This document shows positions 1-13,087 of a stretch of DNA of 64,000 nt, piece after piece; within the stretch, counting starts at the first letter, position 1, and the number at the start of each line of letters is the position of its first letter. Under the pieces are notes generated by a model. The model was not told the DNA's origin. It saw nothing but the letters and a program-made list of their open reading frames with translations, and searched no databases. Both the position numbers and the translations under genes were made by a program. Source of the DNA: Eukaryota sp. TZLM1-RC (lineage: Eukaryota > Protista > Metamonada: BaSk clade); the NCBI GenBank assembly GCA_040285825.1, contig JAUPSS010000005.1, positions 1,798,408 through 1,862,407 of the forward strand, read 5' to 3'.

Positions 1-620
1 CCAAATGACGAATAGCATCAGTTGAATATAACTTCCCTTGAATTTCAATACCATCAACTATGGTTGAAACTGAAGCGTTTGAAAGTAGAACACATTTAAG
101 TAAGTTAATTCGAAGGCCAACATTGTTGAATAATTCTTTGAAACAAAAGTTACTTCTCTGACAATCGTTAAGTCACCTATAAGAACAACGTCATCCATAT
201 AAGCAATCATATTTAAAGAAGGAAGCATTTCTTGAATCTGTTATAAAATCGCATGAATGGCCAGACACAACAAAAGAGATCCTAAAGAATCTCTTTGCTT
301 TACACCACTTGATGATTTTAAAATAAAATTACCAAAATGCAGATCTGAATGGGTGCAATATGTTGTTTGAAAATATGGTAACAATTCTGGTAAGTAATTC
401 AACAAAGCACCATGAATATTGCACCGATGAATTGAATTAAAGGCATTGATAAAATCCCACAACCTGCAAACATTTGATCCATTTTAATGAAAGAAAACAT
501 CTGTAGCAAAAACAGTTAAAGCAACTCCATCAGTGATGTAAAAACCATATTGGAATGGCAACAAAATTCTACTTGCTTTTTCTTTGAATTTGTTTCAGCA
601 GCAAACAAAAAAATATTGTG
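1..620 (-). pseudogene. Degraded RT fragment of a CRE-like non-LTR retrotransposon (runs off window start)
   Basis: Minus-strand translation gives LLPFQYGF, DFINAFNSI, GVKQRDSLGSLLLCLAIH and IAYMDDV with stops and frameshifts; collinear with the 14.5-17.9 kb element. Confidence 0.85.
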
Positions 621-3600
621 CAAAGATTCAGAAACAACAATTGCACTATCATCCATTTTTAAAACTAAATCACTTGTGACTAATTTCAGAGTCAATTTTG
701 GTCCAGATGAGTACGTGTGCCTCAGGTCAGAGAATTGGACTACAGTGCATAATATAATGTGAATAGGATAAAGTTGGTTTATTTTGCCCTTATTTTATTT
801 ACGCACAAAGCCGTCAACATACCAGCAATCGCCTTGCTGAACAACAACAAACATTTAAACCAGAAAACACCAACACAATATGCCCTTTTCCTGAAGCATT
901 CCGCCTTCAAAACAGTGGTTGGAGTAGTCCATCTAATTTCAACACTATGGCCAAGCAAAGTCTGAACAAAACCATACCAGTTTACAAGTTTTATAGAGCG
1001 AAAAGGTTATTTAAGACACTAAAACAAATTCTTCAATTGAAATGTCGTGAATGGAAGAGTATACTGCATTCTATTTGAAAGACGTATATTCAAAAAATTC
1101 TCCCTTAATTCTATACTTTACTTATGACACCATTTTTGTGCTGTTACAGTTAATTATTTGGAACATCAAGCCACTTTTGACAATAAGTAAAAGACATAGA
1201 AAATCTTGAAAAAAGACAGCCCTTCCTCATAGTCAAGATAGTCCAGAAATTGTCCACTTACGACTAAATTGGACTATAGCCAATTTTGATAGGATCTCAC
1301 TGAACATGCAAAATTCAGTTGATGACTATACGGTTAGTGAAGATTTGACACCATCAAACGGTTTTTGATCAAAATACAATTGAAATAAAACTAACAATTG
1401 CGCTTCCTAGATTATTTTAAATTACACAATACATTTGAAAATACAGTAACAACACAATCTGCCACAATACAAAATATATTAGTTGATGGTCATGAAAATA
1501 AACATTTGGGAGTCCCCGGTTTCGACTATTCTTTTGAGTTCATTGGCATTGATATTAGAAGAGTTTTTAAAGGATGCCAATGTCGAATCACACGTTACTC
1601 CACCGTCATGCCTAGCACAGTCTGCGTCGACCAACCTAAGTTCAGAGTCGAGGCTTGGACTAGCTTTCAGTGATAAAAAACCTTTTGAGTGGTTGGAAGC
1701 AGTGCCTAACGGTACTGTGAAATTTTCAATGTTTACCTTAGAGACCACTTCGTAAGCTTCAGTGAGGGAATTATAGAACGAATCTGAGCTTAAGTGAAAG
1801 AAGAAGGAGGAAAATTGATAAAGGCGTTTTCTTTGGAAGCGAAAGAAGAGCTGAAAGAACCTATGTTCTGGAAAAGATACCAAAATTTATCATTATGCTT
1901 TTTTGTTAATGTAAATGTTGTTCCTTGAGAGTCTCTTGGATTGAATCAACTATAAAAGTGACAGAAATATCATTGGAGTCATTGCAGTCGGTTACAGGGT
2001 CGATGAATTGGCTGAAGCCTCGGCGACTGATGTGCTTCTTTGGTAACTAAAGGCTGATAACGGTCTTGGCTGCGACAAGACTTTCGACTAGCTTTGTAGC
2101 CTGATTTAGAACAATCTTTATTCAAGTCGCTGCGTTTCTTACAGTAGAAACAGATAAGAGGAGAGTTTTGACAATGAGTTGAATAATCAAATTTTTGAGA
2201 ACGAGTTGAAGCCAAAGACAGAACAGAAACCAGTGTTACGGGATTGTTCTGTAAGTAGAAGAGTTACAGGAAGGGCGAGAATCTCTGGGAGGCGGTTGAG
2301 TAACATCGCGGCTGACATAATATTCTGAAAACGGAATGTGGTAAGCGGTAAGCAGTATGCAGAAACGAAAAAAAGAGTAGGGAAGCTATAAATCGTGCCA
2401 ACTTCTATATTGATGTTAATTACAAGCCTGAGCTTGTGAGGGTGGACACCGTTAGCGAAAAACCTTATTCTTGAAACTTCAGAAAGTGTAGTTGGACAGA
2501 GACGAAGTGGCTTCAGGAACTGAAAGATATATGCTGCGATAGCATCATCAACAGTTGCGGCAGAGAAACTGGTACGGAGAGATTAAAAACAATGAAAGCC
2601 ACTAGCTGAATCTTCAACTGGCAAAGACAAAAATCACAATCGACGGCTTCATGACTTTTCGGATTTATTGGGGAAAATCTAGAAGTTTTCAAAATACATA
2701 AAATAGAATGGCTTGATAAAGTTGGTCTTTTGCAGCACGAAGGACGCTAATCTGGGAGGGGAGACGGATTTTGCAGAAACTCTAATTGTAGCACGGGAAA
2801 CTTGCAGAGCTCGAAAGAAAACGGGAGTGGAACCATTTGCTGAAATAGGTTCAGTTTCGCTATCAAAAATGACTTCAGGCTGACTAACTGCGAAGGAGCC
2901 AAGGAATAATGTAAATCTAAGGTTTTTTATTTCCTTAGAGAGAGCAGCAAAGGTTTTAGTCCGTGCAGGACCGGAAGAAAGCTCTACATTGTCGTTGGCA
3001 CATGAGGACTGGGAATAAGTGGACGGAGGGTATTATCTTATCTGACATGACATGAGCTGACATACAGAGCGCGTAAACTTTTCGAGCTTCCACATTGACG
3101 GAGACAGCTTTTCGAACTGTATGGTTGAAAAATAGTGCTACTAAATGGTTCGCCGAGTTAGGGACAGGATACAGGGCGGATTGCTGATGTTGTGTAGTTA
3201 AATACAATTAACAACATAGCAGAAAAATGTTTTTTGGATTTCTTTTGTACCTGTTGAAGCCATTGCAAAAACAAAAATAGTAGAATACAACAAAGATTGT
3301 CAGAAGTACATTACTGAACCCAGTCACTTTTGAAATACAAAAGCTGAAATGAAACCAATAATGTTAATAACCACAACTGAAAATCTCAACCACAACAATT
3401 TTTGAATATTGATGCAACAACGTTCAATTTAAAGCAAAATCTTTGTGAAAATCGCCTCAACAACAATTTTCTGTGTTCCCTTTTTGTTCTTGAATTCTTT
3501 TAATAACAAAGATGAATACCTTATGGATCATTTCAACCAATGAATTGTGGAAAATCTACTAGATGTTATTAAGTGTAGTTGAAAATAACAGAAATTTACT

Positions 3601-4032
3601 GGAACCATATAAGAGCAAAAACTTTCGACGATAGCATGTATAATACAGAGGAGGTAAACAAAAAGAGTAACCCAAAGTTGGTATTGGATTCTACACTATA
3701 TAAAGAACATATCGTTGAAAGATGAAAACATCTACTGTACCCAGCTCTTGTATGATTTCAGGAAGGGTATGGACGAAACTGAAGTGTTGTGTTGAGTATG
3801 TTAGAACTAACACATTGACTAGCGGCTTAGCGAATTCCTTATATCAATGAAAAATTTAGAATAGAGCGAATGGTAGAGGTTTTATAACAAGTGGAGGACG
3901 TAGCTCATTCTGAACCAGAAGTATTAAACATATGAGAAAACAAAAGAAGCAAACACTACAATTTAGTGGGGATGACAAACCAACTTTCACCTTGTTTCAA
4001 ATCTTCACAATTGTTCTTTTTATTGTCAGATA

Positions 4033-4637
4033 ATGAGTGAACGTGAAGCATCCGGATCTCCTAGCCAGCGTAGTCCCTCCGACGATGAGTCAACTTCCCC
4101 TTCCGGTACTGCGCAAAGAAAATCTTTAGCTCAACTCACTGAGCCAGCGAAGAAAACAAAAGCTTCCAAGACCCTCCCAAAGTCTGTCAAAGGAACTCCT
4201 CAAAAAACGATGCCTGCACGTGGAGCCAAAAGTGTAAAGGGCAAAGGAAAAGCTCCTGTGTCAAAGCGTCCAGCTCCCGCGAAGAAACCCGGTAAAACTG
4301 CTGAGAGAAAAAAGTACAGGCACCGTCCAGGTACAGTAGCTTTAAAAGAAATCAGGAAGTATCAAAAGTCTTGTGAACTTCTGCTTCGTAAACTGCCATT
4401 CCAACGTGTTGTTAGGGAAATAGCCCGAGAACACGGTGCTGATCAGATGCGATTTCGTATGTGTTAATTCTTAATTATTGATCTTCAGAAAGTGTGGCTC
4501 TAGAAGCCCTACAAGAAGCAACTGAAACATATCTTGTTGGTCTCTTTGAAGACGCTAACCTGTGTACACTCCATGGGAAGCGCGTTACTCTTATGCCAAA
4601 AGATCTAAATCTAGCTCTGCGACTCCGTGGACTTTAG
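4033..4637 (+). CDS. Histone H3 variant with long divergent N-tail (CenH3/CENP-A candidate), 190 aa; exons 4033-4456 and 4489-4637
   Basis: [26 protein letters not shown]; removing GTATGT...CAG (4457-4488, 32 nt) restores [52 protein letters not shown]3 family is secure; the CenH3 identity is not. Confidence 0.9.
4457..4488 (+). other. 32-nt spliceosomal intron
   Basis: GTATGT donor and TTCAG acceptor; removal restores the conserved H3 RFQS motif and reading frame. Confidence 0.9.
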
Positions 4638-6479
4638 CTGCTCACCTGTACTTTTTAACTCAATTCAAGATATAATAAAGATGTGTTCTTTAGATTCTGT
4701 CATGACTCAGTCATTTTATTGATACTCTTTTACCAGCTGCTCTTCTGTTTGTGTTGATCTTGTTCTAAGATACCTGTTAACTTAACAACAAGTGAGTTGT
4801 TCATTCGTTCAAGGTAAAGATAAACTGTTTTCAAAAACACTTGTATTCACTTTTGATTGGAAATAGAGGCAATTTGGTGAAATCTGCAAAACGAACAATA
4901 TCAACGATTTCAATTGAGAAAATATATGACAAACCCACCTAATTACACTTCTGGATGTAATTAGTTTCAATACAGAATTAGTCTCAGTGAGAATAATCAT
5001 GTACAGCAGTGTATAAGATTGAATTGTCTGATTGACAGACAACAAAAGTCCTGGAATATCCGTTCTTTAGCAAAAATTTTGTCATTTGCGAACCAAAAAA
5101 ACATAACTAAATTGTTGAATTCTGTTGCTGTTTGCTTTTCAGTCTTAGCTACTGCCTCCAAAAGTGCTAGCTCTCCATCACAATTATTTCCCATTATTTT
5201 TCACCCAATGTTGTTGTGAAAATCATGAAAAAACGTACTCAATACATTTTGTTGTTGTAAGTTTAATGCATCTTTTGAAAATAATGTTGTCCGAAAACAT
5301 AAAATGCATCTCTTCCATGTTCACAACACTCACCAATAAATTCAACCTGATGCAAGTCGTTTAATGATCTTTCCATGCCCTCGCAAATTTTTTCATCTGT
5401 GGAGAAACACTTTTCCTAAGTGATATTACAAAAGCCCATGGTTTTTGAGATTTCGAAAGCAACATTAGCTTGCTTAAATTTTAATGCATTTGTGGTTTTT
5501 TGTCTCCTTGGATGCGTTTTCTTACCAAATGTTTCATGTGTTATTTGCCTTTCAACATTTAGCTCATACGGTGTGACTTTAGACTCTCAATGGATACAGC
5601 ATCTTTTCAACATGTCACCAGAATTAGTCCAATTTGATTGTCAAATTAATTAACTACAAAGCTCCACCCATCATATACACACAGTTTTGGCTGCTTTAAA
5701 ACCTGGGTTCACTTCCTTCAGGCCCTCCATAAATATCTGAATTAAAGCTTCCTCATTGGCTTTCTTTTCCGCGAGTTTATATTCAGCCTTGAAAATATTA
5801 TGAGCATAAACTTTGGCGTAAGATGATGTAAGTACTCCTTCGCCTTTGATTAGGGACCGTGATTCTCGCAGGGTTTTCAGTCCAATGTTAGATCTTATCT
5901 GAGAACTCAAACTCAAATGAACCGGGGTGTATAAACCTATTCTGTTTGTCAGCGGTTTGTTTAAAGTCAGTATCAAGTAGATTCTTTAAATCCGTCAATA
6001 TTTGTATATGATTATCAGACAAGAAGAACAACAACAATTCGGAAGTATTGTTAATAATACGCTGACCACCTTTGATACCGTAATAAGAAATAGTAATAGG
6101 ACATTGCTGGTCATACTTCGGTGACGCATCAAAAGGAAAACATCGAAAATGAGGAAAAATGGGAATTCATTGGCAATATCAATTTGGAGTGCTCCACACA
6201 GACCACACGTCACGTAATAAACCTCAATTACCATTATTATTCTGTTGCTGTAATTTTTTAGACATATTCACATCATCTCTTGACATCTTTTTTTATCTTC
6301 ACGTCTGCCCCTCTTTCTTTTCCACAATTTGTGAATACACAGTCCATTATTGTTTTGTCGAATAACAAATCTGTTTTGATGTTACTAACTTGAAACAATT
6401 GTATTTAGCATTTGTTTAAATCTGCCAAATCTAAGGCCGAAAAGAACTTGGCGTTGACTAAACATCACACACATGGCAA

Positions 6480-6830
6480 CGGCGCTTCAATGAAAATGTT
6501 GTGTTCGGCTGCATTTGCAATTAACTAAGTGAACAATGAGGAGTTTAGGGATTTTGAAAAAATATTTGTCATGGCAACTATAAATTACCCTCTGATACAT
6601 ATTGTAAATCAGCTGTATTGGATTCAGTAGTGGAAGAAATTGAAACACAACTGTTACCAAAGATACATCAACAATCTGGTCTTGCATTGGTAATTGATGG
6701 ATGGACCGATGACACTACACAAAATCACCTGATAAACCTTGCAATTCAAAGTGATGACGGGCCATAGTTTGTCAAAAATGGATTGATAACTTAGAAGATG
6801 ATTCATATATTTATTCTTCAACATTCGTTG
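6480..6830 (+). pseudogene. hAT-superfamily (DUF659-like) transposase fragment
   Basis: With stop/frameshift: F..*VNNEEF...YKLPSDTY...LDSVVEEI...LALVIDGWTDDTTQNHLINLAIQSDDGP*FVK; DGWTD..LIN..GP.F.K is typical of this family. Confidence 0.65.
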
Positions 6831-7420
6831 ATATAGCAATTTCACGTGTGCGAGATCTAGTGTACAAAAAGTGTACAAATGTTGACAGAGAGTCAACAAC
6901 ATCAGAAGAAGGTCCCTTCCAGATTTTTGATAGCTTAAGTATTGAAGAATTGAAAACAAACGTGGTGAATAGATAAGATAGTGAATCTGATCATTTCAGA
7001 TACGATTTCGATTTGAGTCGAGCCCAGTCACCTTTTTATCAAATGAGTGAATTTGAATTAGTAAACTTGTGATATAAAACTTCTTCCTATTTCTTTCTTC
7101 TATTACATGCCATGAATACGTAGTTGATCATTAGGAAATCAAGCACCTGTCTCTAACATATATCCTCCATCTCAAGAAGAGACTAAAAACTTTTGACAAA
7201 ATACAGTCTATATCGAAAGTGTAGTGTAGAAGGTCATATTCGTAAAGATTGAACATCCTGGATTTGTAATAAAGACGCTGTTTTTTCACAACTTATATCT
7301 CAACTGTTATCCATTCTGTTATCAATGTCCAATAATCCTGTGTTTGACGTAGATCAACTCCAACAGCCTCGATAATTCTTGGGATGCTAAGAAAAATTGA
7401 AAAGGTATAGCCAGCACAAT

Positions 7421-7560
7421 CAGAGGTATTGGGCTAAAGAAGAATTCTAAAAAGAGCTGGTATAAAAGTATACTTGGTTGACGACTACCGTATCAATAAA
7501 AGATGTGCTGCTTGTGTTGAGGATCATCGCAAAAACGATATCAAACGTGATGTAAAGATC
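7421..7560 (+). pseudogene. Fanzor/TnpB-like RuvC-II fragment
   Basis: RGIGL(fs)RRILKRAGIKVYLVDDYRINKRCAAC, matching RKVLRQAGYLVYLVNEAYTSKRYHNC at 25.2 kb. Confidence 0.6.
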
Positions 7561-7570
7561 AAAGATCGCA

Positions 7571-8307
7571 ATGCCAGGAAATTCAAACGTAAGAATGATT
7601 TCTGTGGTTGATTTTCATGTTGAATACTGTGCTTTGCATCCCAGGTCCTTAATTTTCATTTCACTCACACCTAAATCAATGACATCTAAAAAGCTTCTTT
7701 CGTCTCCCCAGACACCCGTAGTGTTCCCCAAAGCACCCAAATTGTCTCCAAAAAGTCTTCCTAAAACGCTATCACTGGAAAAGTTCGATGGTGCAACCTC
7801 AGCTGTCGTAGATGTTACTTATGCGCCCCATTCCAACGCTCGGAAACGGACCTTCAACGAGCAATTCTCTATGTTCTACTCTTTGCCCGACGAAGTTGAA
7901 CTTCATCTTTTGAAGGAACTACTTATTCAACGATTTAAGCAGTATTGTATTGAGAACAATAAAGTCTTACACGAAAAATCTGTTCCAACGTTTCACTTTA
8001 TGAGTGGGACTAATAAGAAAATTTTGCGTTGATGTCAAACTCTTTAACAGAAAGTTTGCAGCACCGAAGGCTGAATAAGCGGTTATTGCAATCAAATTTA
8101 CTGTTGAAATTGTTGTTTGGTGAACTCAAATCAGTTGACCAACTTCGGTTTGGGTTCGACCAAGAAAAATTTGAAAATAAGCACCCGAGTTGCAAATCAC
8201 TAGACAATACTCCCAAACATTCCCAATTTCAGCTTTCCCCCAAAAATTCTCCAAACAATATACCATTGATTTTTTGCATACTATCTGAATTCAAAATGGC
8301 TTTATAA
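7571..8307 (+). CDS. Hypothetical protein(s), two abutting ORFs, possibly a disrupted gene
   Basis: ORFs of 153 and 92 aa with Ser/Pro/Lys-rich content; no recognisable domain. Confidence 0.25.
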
Positions 8308-8529
8308 CTTAATTTGCATTGTTCAAAAGACATGATAATTTTTTTCCGTAAGCGTTTTCACCAACGATAGGTTCCTTGTTGAAAAACTGGTCATAATTAA
8401 TTTACCAAAGGTATTTGTATATTTGTACCACTTGTTCTGAAGGATAGTATTGGATAAGGAATAATTCAGATTTTCCAGGGCCCAGATTAGCACTTGTACT
8501 ACAGGAATGTGACAAATGTCCAATTGTAT

Positions 8530-8696
8530 TCATTGCAGTTCGCAAGGTGGGTCTCAATTATTCCATATCATCACCATATGTGTCCGAATCGAATCCAGTA
8601 GAAGCCTTTTATGGAGCGTTACAACAACGTGTTAGAAGTTTTTTAGCAGCGCCTGCGACTCAAATAATACTATATGCTGTAAGAAATCTACGATAA
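8530..8696 (+). pseudogene. DDE transposase/integrase C-terminal catalytic fragment
   Basis: ISSPYVSESNPVEAFYGALQQRVR resembles IS630/Tc1 PYSP.LNPIE..W..LK..VR and rve PY.P.SNG.VE motifs. Confidence 0.4.
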
Positions 8697-9429
8697 GGTG
8701 ATTGATTATTTACTGTTTCAGCACGCGGGATGGATTGACGGTCAGTTCTACCATTCACTATATCTAAATAATTCCAAATTGGTGGATTGTGTTGAAATGG
8801 ACACAGAAAACGCTATTTAAATTATTTTCATGTGTGTTATTGTTAATATTATTTTATTTAGTGAATTTATTCGTATTTAAACTAGTACAAACAATCAAGA
8901 CATCCAAATATATTAGATACACACCACATCAATATAATTATATGACTTCCTCTTGTAAAGTTGATGTGTTCATTTACATGACAAGTTTATTCATCATAAG
9001 AGAAATAGTTTAAACGAAGATACGGAGTGATACTGTTCTTTATCCATTTTAGGACGAATAAATTGCTACTGGCAGGAAAGTTTATTTTTGAAATAGTCTC
9101 ATCAGTACCATGGTCTCTCGTTTATTCTATAAAGTTCACACTTCTTCACAACAAGGTATGAGTACGACCCAACCATCATGTTGAACAAAAACAAAGCAAA
9201 GAGGTTGTTGGCCTTAAGTGCAATCATCTTCATTGAGATCAGAGTCAACGTAAAGTACTGTGAAAAAGTTACATTAGCTTTGGAAGATTGATGGGGGAAT
9301 AGAGTTGGAAATTCAGCTTAAGTAAAATTCACAGTTGTGAGTGGCTAAAAAACAGGATTATGAAGCTGATTTTATTCAAAATGTTAAAAACAAAATTCAA
9401 AAACTTTAACAAAATTGGAATATAGAAAG

Positions 9430-9753
9430 GGACAATGTCAAACTAGTCCCATGCCATGGACTGCTACACTGTCAAAACAGTGAATGAGGGGTCTATTGCG
9501 ATAGGAAATTTAACATTGCTCTGAACATGTACAGGATTACGTACTCTCAAATTCATGATAATTGTAGACCAATTGTACTGCAACGATCAGTGATTGTGGA
9601 AATAAATGTTCAAAGTACTAGAATATTTGCGCTAAATTATCTAATTGGTTTAGCACCTCAGAAAGATTAAGCAGTAGAGTTGGCAATGTGGAATAAATTT
9701 GCACATTTTCCATTGCGGCATTTATTCAAAAGTGCAAATAAAGGTTTATTCCA
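9430..9753 (+). mobile_element. Fanzor 3' remnant (Zn finger/RuvC-III) with structured right end
   Basis: KLVPCHGLLHCQNSE*GVYCDRKFNIALNMYRI...RPIVLQRS; terminal hairpin TGGAATAAA/TTTATTCCA (9689-9753). Confidence 0.65.
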
Positions 9754-9769
9754 GGAACAGACACATTTT

Positions 9770-10920
9770 AAAACTAAACAGCAAACCTTAACTAAGCTAT
9801 TACCTACACAAGCCCTATCAATTGAATGACGGGTCATTTTCACTATTTACTTGGATACCAACTCGCTTGTTTTGAAACTCGGTAATGTTATTCAAAATGG
9901 AGTTACTATAACGAGGAAGAGCTTTCAATAACGAAAATACAATTCTGTTTTTCCAAATCAAAAATCGAATGCACGACCACTTTCTTTGAAAAGATTTTCT
10001 AAGTCATGTACAGAATTTAAACTTTCAGTTCCAATGGAATCAAAAATAAAAATAGCAATTGTGCCAAATTTTGATGTTTCTGCTTCTTGCTCCATTAAGA
10101 TGTTGCAGAAGGGCTTCGTATTTTGATTTCTTGGAAAGCTCTGCAACTTTGTGTAAATGTCGAATATCATAATTAAACTTCTTTTCTATGGAGACACGGT
10201 AGTACAATCGATAATTGATTCAGTTCCATCATACTAAGCACATTGAATATCACTTCGTTTTTGGCTCAACCAGAAATTTAATTCATCAAACAGAAGTTCT
10301 AAGCGAACTGGATGATAAGCAATTTTGCCAGATCATAAATACAATCACGAACTGCGTTGTGGGTAATTGATCTTTTTTGAGTAAATTTACAGCAAAAAAT
10401 AAAATGATTAAAAGAAGGGGGATTGACAAAACAGGTCCATCTGAATTCTTCATTTTGCAAAATTGGGTCCATCCACAAATGCTTTTGCAGAATTGGGCCC
10501 TGTTTTCACTCTCATTGGACCTATCTTGTTAAGTACATTGCCATTGTCTCATTGCTTTCTGTTAAATAAACATCGTCACTTTTGTCAGTTATTTTGCTAT
10601 TCACTATCACAACAATCGAACTCTCCCTTGAGTATAACATCAAGCTCCTTTTCTTCTAGCCGTTGTCTCTTCACAGTCTTTTTTGATTGTCTACGGAATC
10701 GTTTCTTCCTTCTTCTACCAACTCTCTTTGTATAAACAGGAGGAACAACTGTTTCCACTAAAGTCCGCCATCTTTTTTGCAAAAGTCATTTGTAAGTACT
10801 TCATGGGTGGGAAGGTTCTATTGGAGAAGGTCCTATTTTTGCAAATTCATGATACCAAGTGGTCCTTTTGTGTAACTTTTTCTTAAAAGAGCCATAAGCA
10901 CCACATTTACACTTCATATC
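9770..10920 (-). pseudogene. 3' fragment of CRE-like LINE (zinc knuckle + RLE), interrupted by a MITE
   Basis: MKCKCGAYG|SFNHFIFCCKFTQKRSITHNAVRDCIYDL...LEL and IWKNRIVFSLLKALP, homologous to CKCGK..THLLNC..YNNVRDQIY and YWQNRIVFSIFK of the 14.5-17.9 kb element. Confidence 0.75.
10417..10882. mobile_element. Non-autonomous MULE/Mutator-type MITE, ~466 bp
   Basis: Imperfect ~60-bp TIRs (ACAAAA..GGTCCA...TTTGCAAAA..GG.CC); flanking direct repeat TTAAAAGA(A/G) at 10408-10416 and 10883-10891; excision restores the host LINE zinc-knuckle frame. Confidence 0.75.
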
Positions 10921-11211
10921 TTTTTTTGTATTATTAATTATAAATGGAAGATTATCAGTTGAAGCAGAAACTTTTTTGAATGACTTCCAAAAAATGATGC
11001 AAGAAAAAACAATGAAAAGATTTGATATTTTTTTGTGGCGTTCACGGATTTAATTTGCCATTATTAATAGATTACCACGGTTTTTCAATCGAATAAGAGA
11101 AGCTTTAGCTAGACAGCAAGCAGATCAAGATTTTGTAGATGAAATCTTGGTTCAATGATAGTCATCCCATTAGTTATGAGTTAATTTAATTAAGTGTGCA
11201 AATTCAATAAA
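10920..11211 (+). pseudogene. 5'-truncated 3' end of a CRE-like LINE ending in AATAAA
   Basis: GRLSVEAETFLNDFQKMMQEKTMKRFDIFLWRSRI*FAIINRLPRFFNRIREALARQQ...*; last 133 bp repeated at 22641-22773. Confidence 0.7.
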
Positions 11212-11474
11212 CAAAAATTAATTATATCAAAAAAATATAAATCAACATCTAAATAATCCATCTCTCCCAAAACAAAAACACTAGATGCAACTCTCTTATA
11301 GTGAGATTTAAAAGAAAGCAAAGCAACAGAAACCATCTTCAACATCCCCTTAAAGATAGAAAACACAATTCTATTTTGCCCAAAAAATCTGTTGAAGTTT
11401 CTGTTAATTCTTCTCTTTACAATCATTTCAAAATCTGCCAAAAAAACGTATAGCCGTTGGGGCAAGTGAACCAA
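11212..11474 (-). pseudogene. 3' end fragment of CRE-like LINE (family of the 14.5-17.9 kb element)
   Basis: FLADFEMIVKRRINRNFNRFFGQNRIVFSIFKGMLKM aligns with FLENFVIVVKERTRRIFNRVYWQNRIVFSIFKGMVKL. Confidence 0.8.
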
Positions 11475-11695
11475 ATCAATTTATATCTGATAAACATTGA
11501 GGAGGAGGGAGATAGAGTCTGATTCGCATGACTGTCAAAAATTGAATCTCTGAGTGCAATAGTCTAAAACAGCGAGGAATTTGAGTAATCGAACAAGATG
11601 AACTATTTTGGAAAAAATAGTGGAAATAGAAATGAAATCATATGGGAAATTACCACAAATACACGATCGACTTTCGTGTGGAATAATTACAAAAA

Positions 11696-13087
11696 CTAGC
11701 TGCTACACAGATACTGAGGCTTTTCATTACCACTCATTCCAACTTCAACAATTGCAAACATATTCAGACAAGCCAGCTCATCTCTATTGAAAAACTTTGT
11801 TGAGCCTTTGTTACTGAGTTTGCAACTCTCACTGTTACAAGCTAATAAACCATGACGTGTAGTTACAGGAGTCTTTTCTCTCTTATAGAATCTGGGATTT
11901 GTTACTTTTAAAAGCGCAGCCACCTCTTCAAAACAAACAGGACATTTTCCTGAAGTGAAAATTTCATTAATCATCAATACTTCAAATCCATTCCTTTTCA
12001 GAGATTGAATCCATCCAATGCCTCGTGCAGGCCTATGATGTTTTAAATTCTTGGAACCGTTTTTAGCATAATCATTTCATTAGAATTAAAATGTCTTTTG
12101 GATTGCCAAATTTTTGAACAAGGTTTTTTAACAAACAATTTTCAGTCTTTTGCTTTTGAATATAAGCTTGTATTTTATGAATGCTCCACAAGTCAAGACT
12201 GTAAAATTTTATTGTCAACTAAAATTGTCGAAGTTATGTAACCTCAAAGTTTGAGAACTCTATAAAAGTTGCTGGATTTGCATCAAAGGTGGATTTTTCG
12301 GTGTTTGCATCTTCGATTGTCTGGTTTCTGTCTTCCTCTGCCACAGTATTTTGGGTCCCATTTTCTTTGTTTTTCTTTAATTCTACTTTTAAAAGACCAA
12401 GACATTTGAGTCATTTTCAGCCATTTGAATTTCTTGGCTTGACTCATAACCCGACTGTTTCTTTGCTGTTCAGTTTCATGTTCAGGCACCATGGCTAATT
12501 CTTGATCCGTTTTTACTCCCAAAATACAATAAATCACATTTTCCAGGATCACAAACAACAATTCGTTTGCATTGAAAAGTTTCAACATCAACATCATCAA
12601 TAAATAAATCAAAAATACTAGCCTTGTTGTCTGGCTTACATTTCTGGCATTGCAAATCTCGATGAACAAATTCTGCAATATTAAATCTATTTGTGGAGAT
12701 AATGTTGTCGAGTTTATAGCTCTTCTGTTTGAACATTGGTTGGTTTAAGTCGAGAATATTAGACCACAAGTCGAATTGTTCGGTTTGTTTGAATTTCCTA
12801 ATTTGGGCTAGTGTATTGGACATTTTCAGCGTATATGTAGGTGATAAATGATCAATTAATGTTTGTTCAATAATTCTTTTATATTGTTCTTGTATCAATT
12901 GAAAAATAGAACCTACAGTAGTTGAAACAGGAGAAATATGATGAAATTTTCTCTCTCTACTGGAAATATATTTGGCATATGTAATTGCTGGTTTTAGAAA
13001 TATTTGATGATCTTTTTCTACAGCGTCTGGATGAAAATGTATATCCAATGGAAATATGTTATCAACTAACTTCTCGTCAGCGACCAA
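11696..13087 (-). pseudogene. Fanzor1-like RNA-guided nuclease pseudogene
   Basis: LWSNILDL..F...IISTN; RuvC-I VVCDPGKCDLLY; RuvC-II INEIFTSGKCPVC; RHGLLACNSESC; RuvC-III FNRDELACLNM...KPQYL; several frameshifts. Confidence 0.85.

Noticed and set aside
1400-3250. Possible LINE 5' region or gag-like relic (CFYCKK...DC)
   Set aside because: Only one broken knuckle motif; linkage to the RT fragment at 1-620 cannot be shown.
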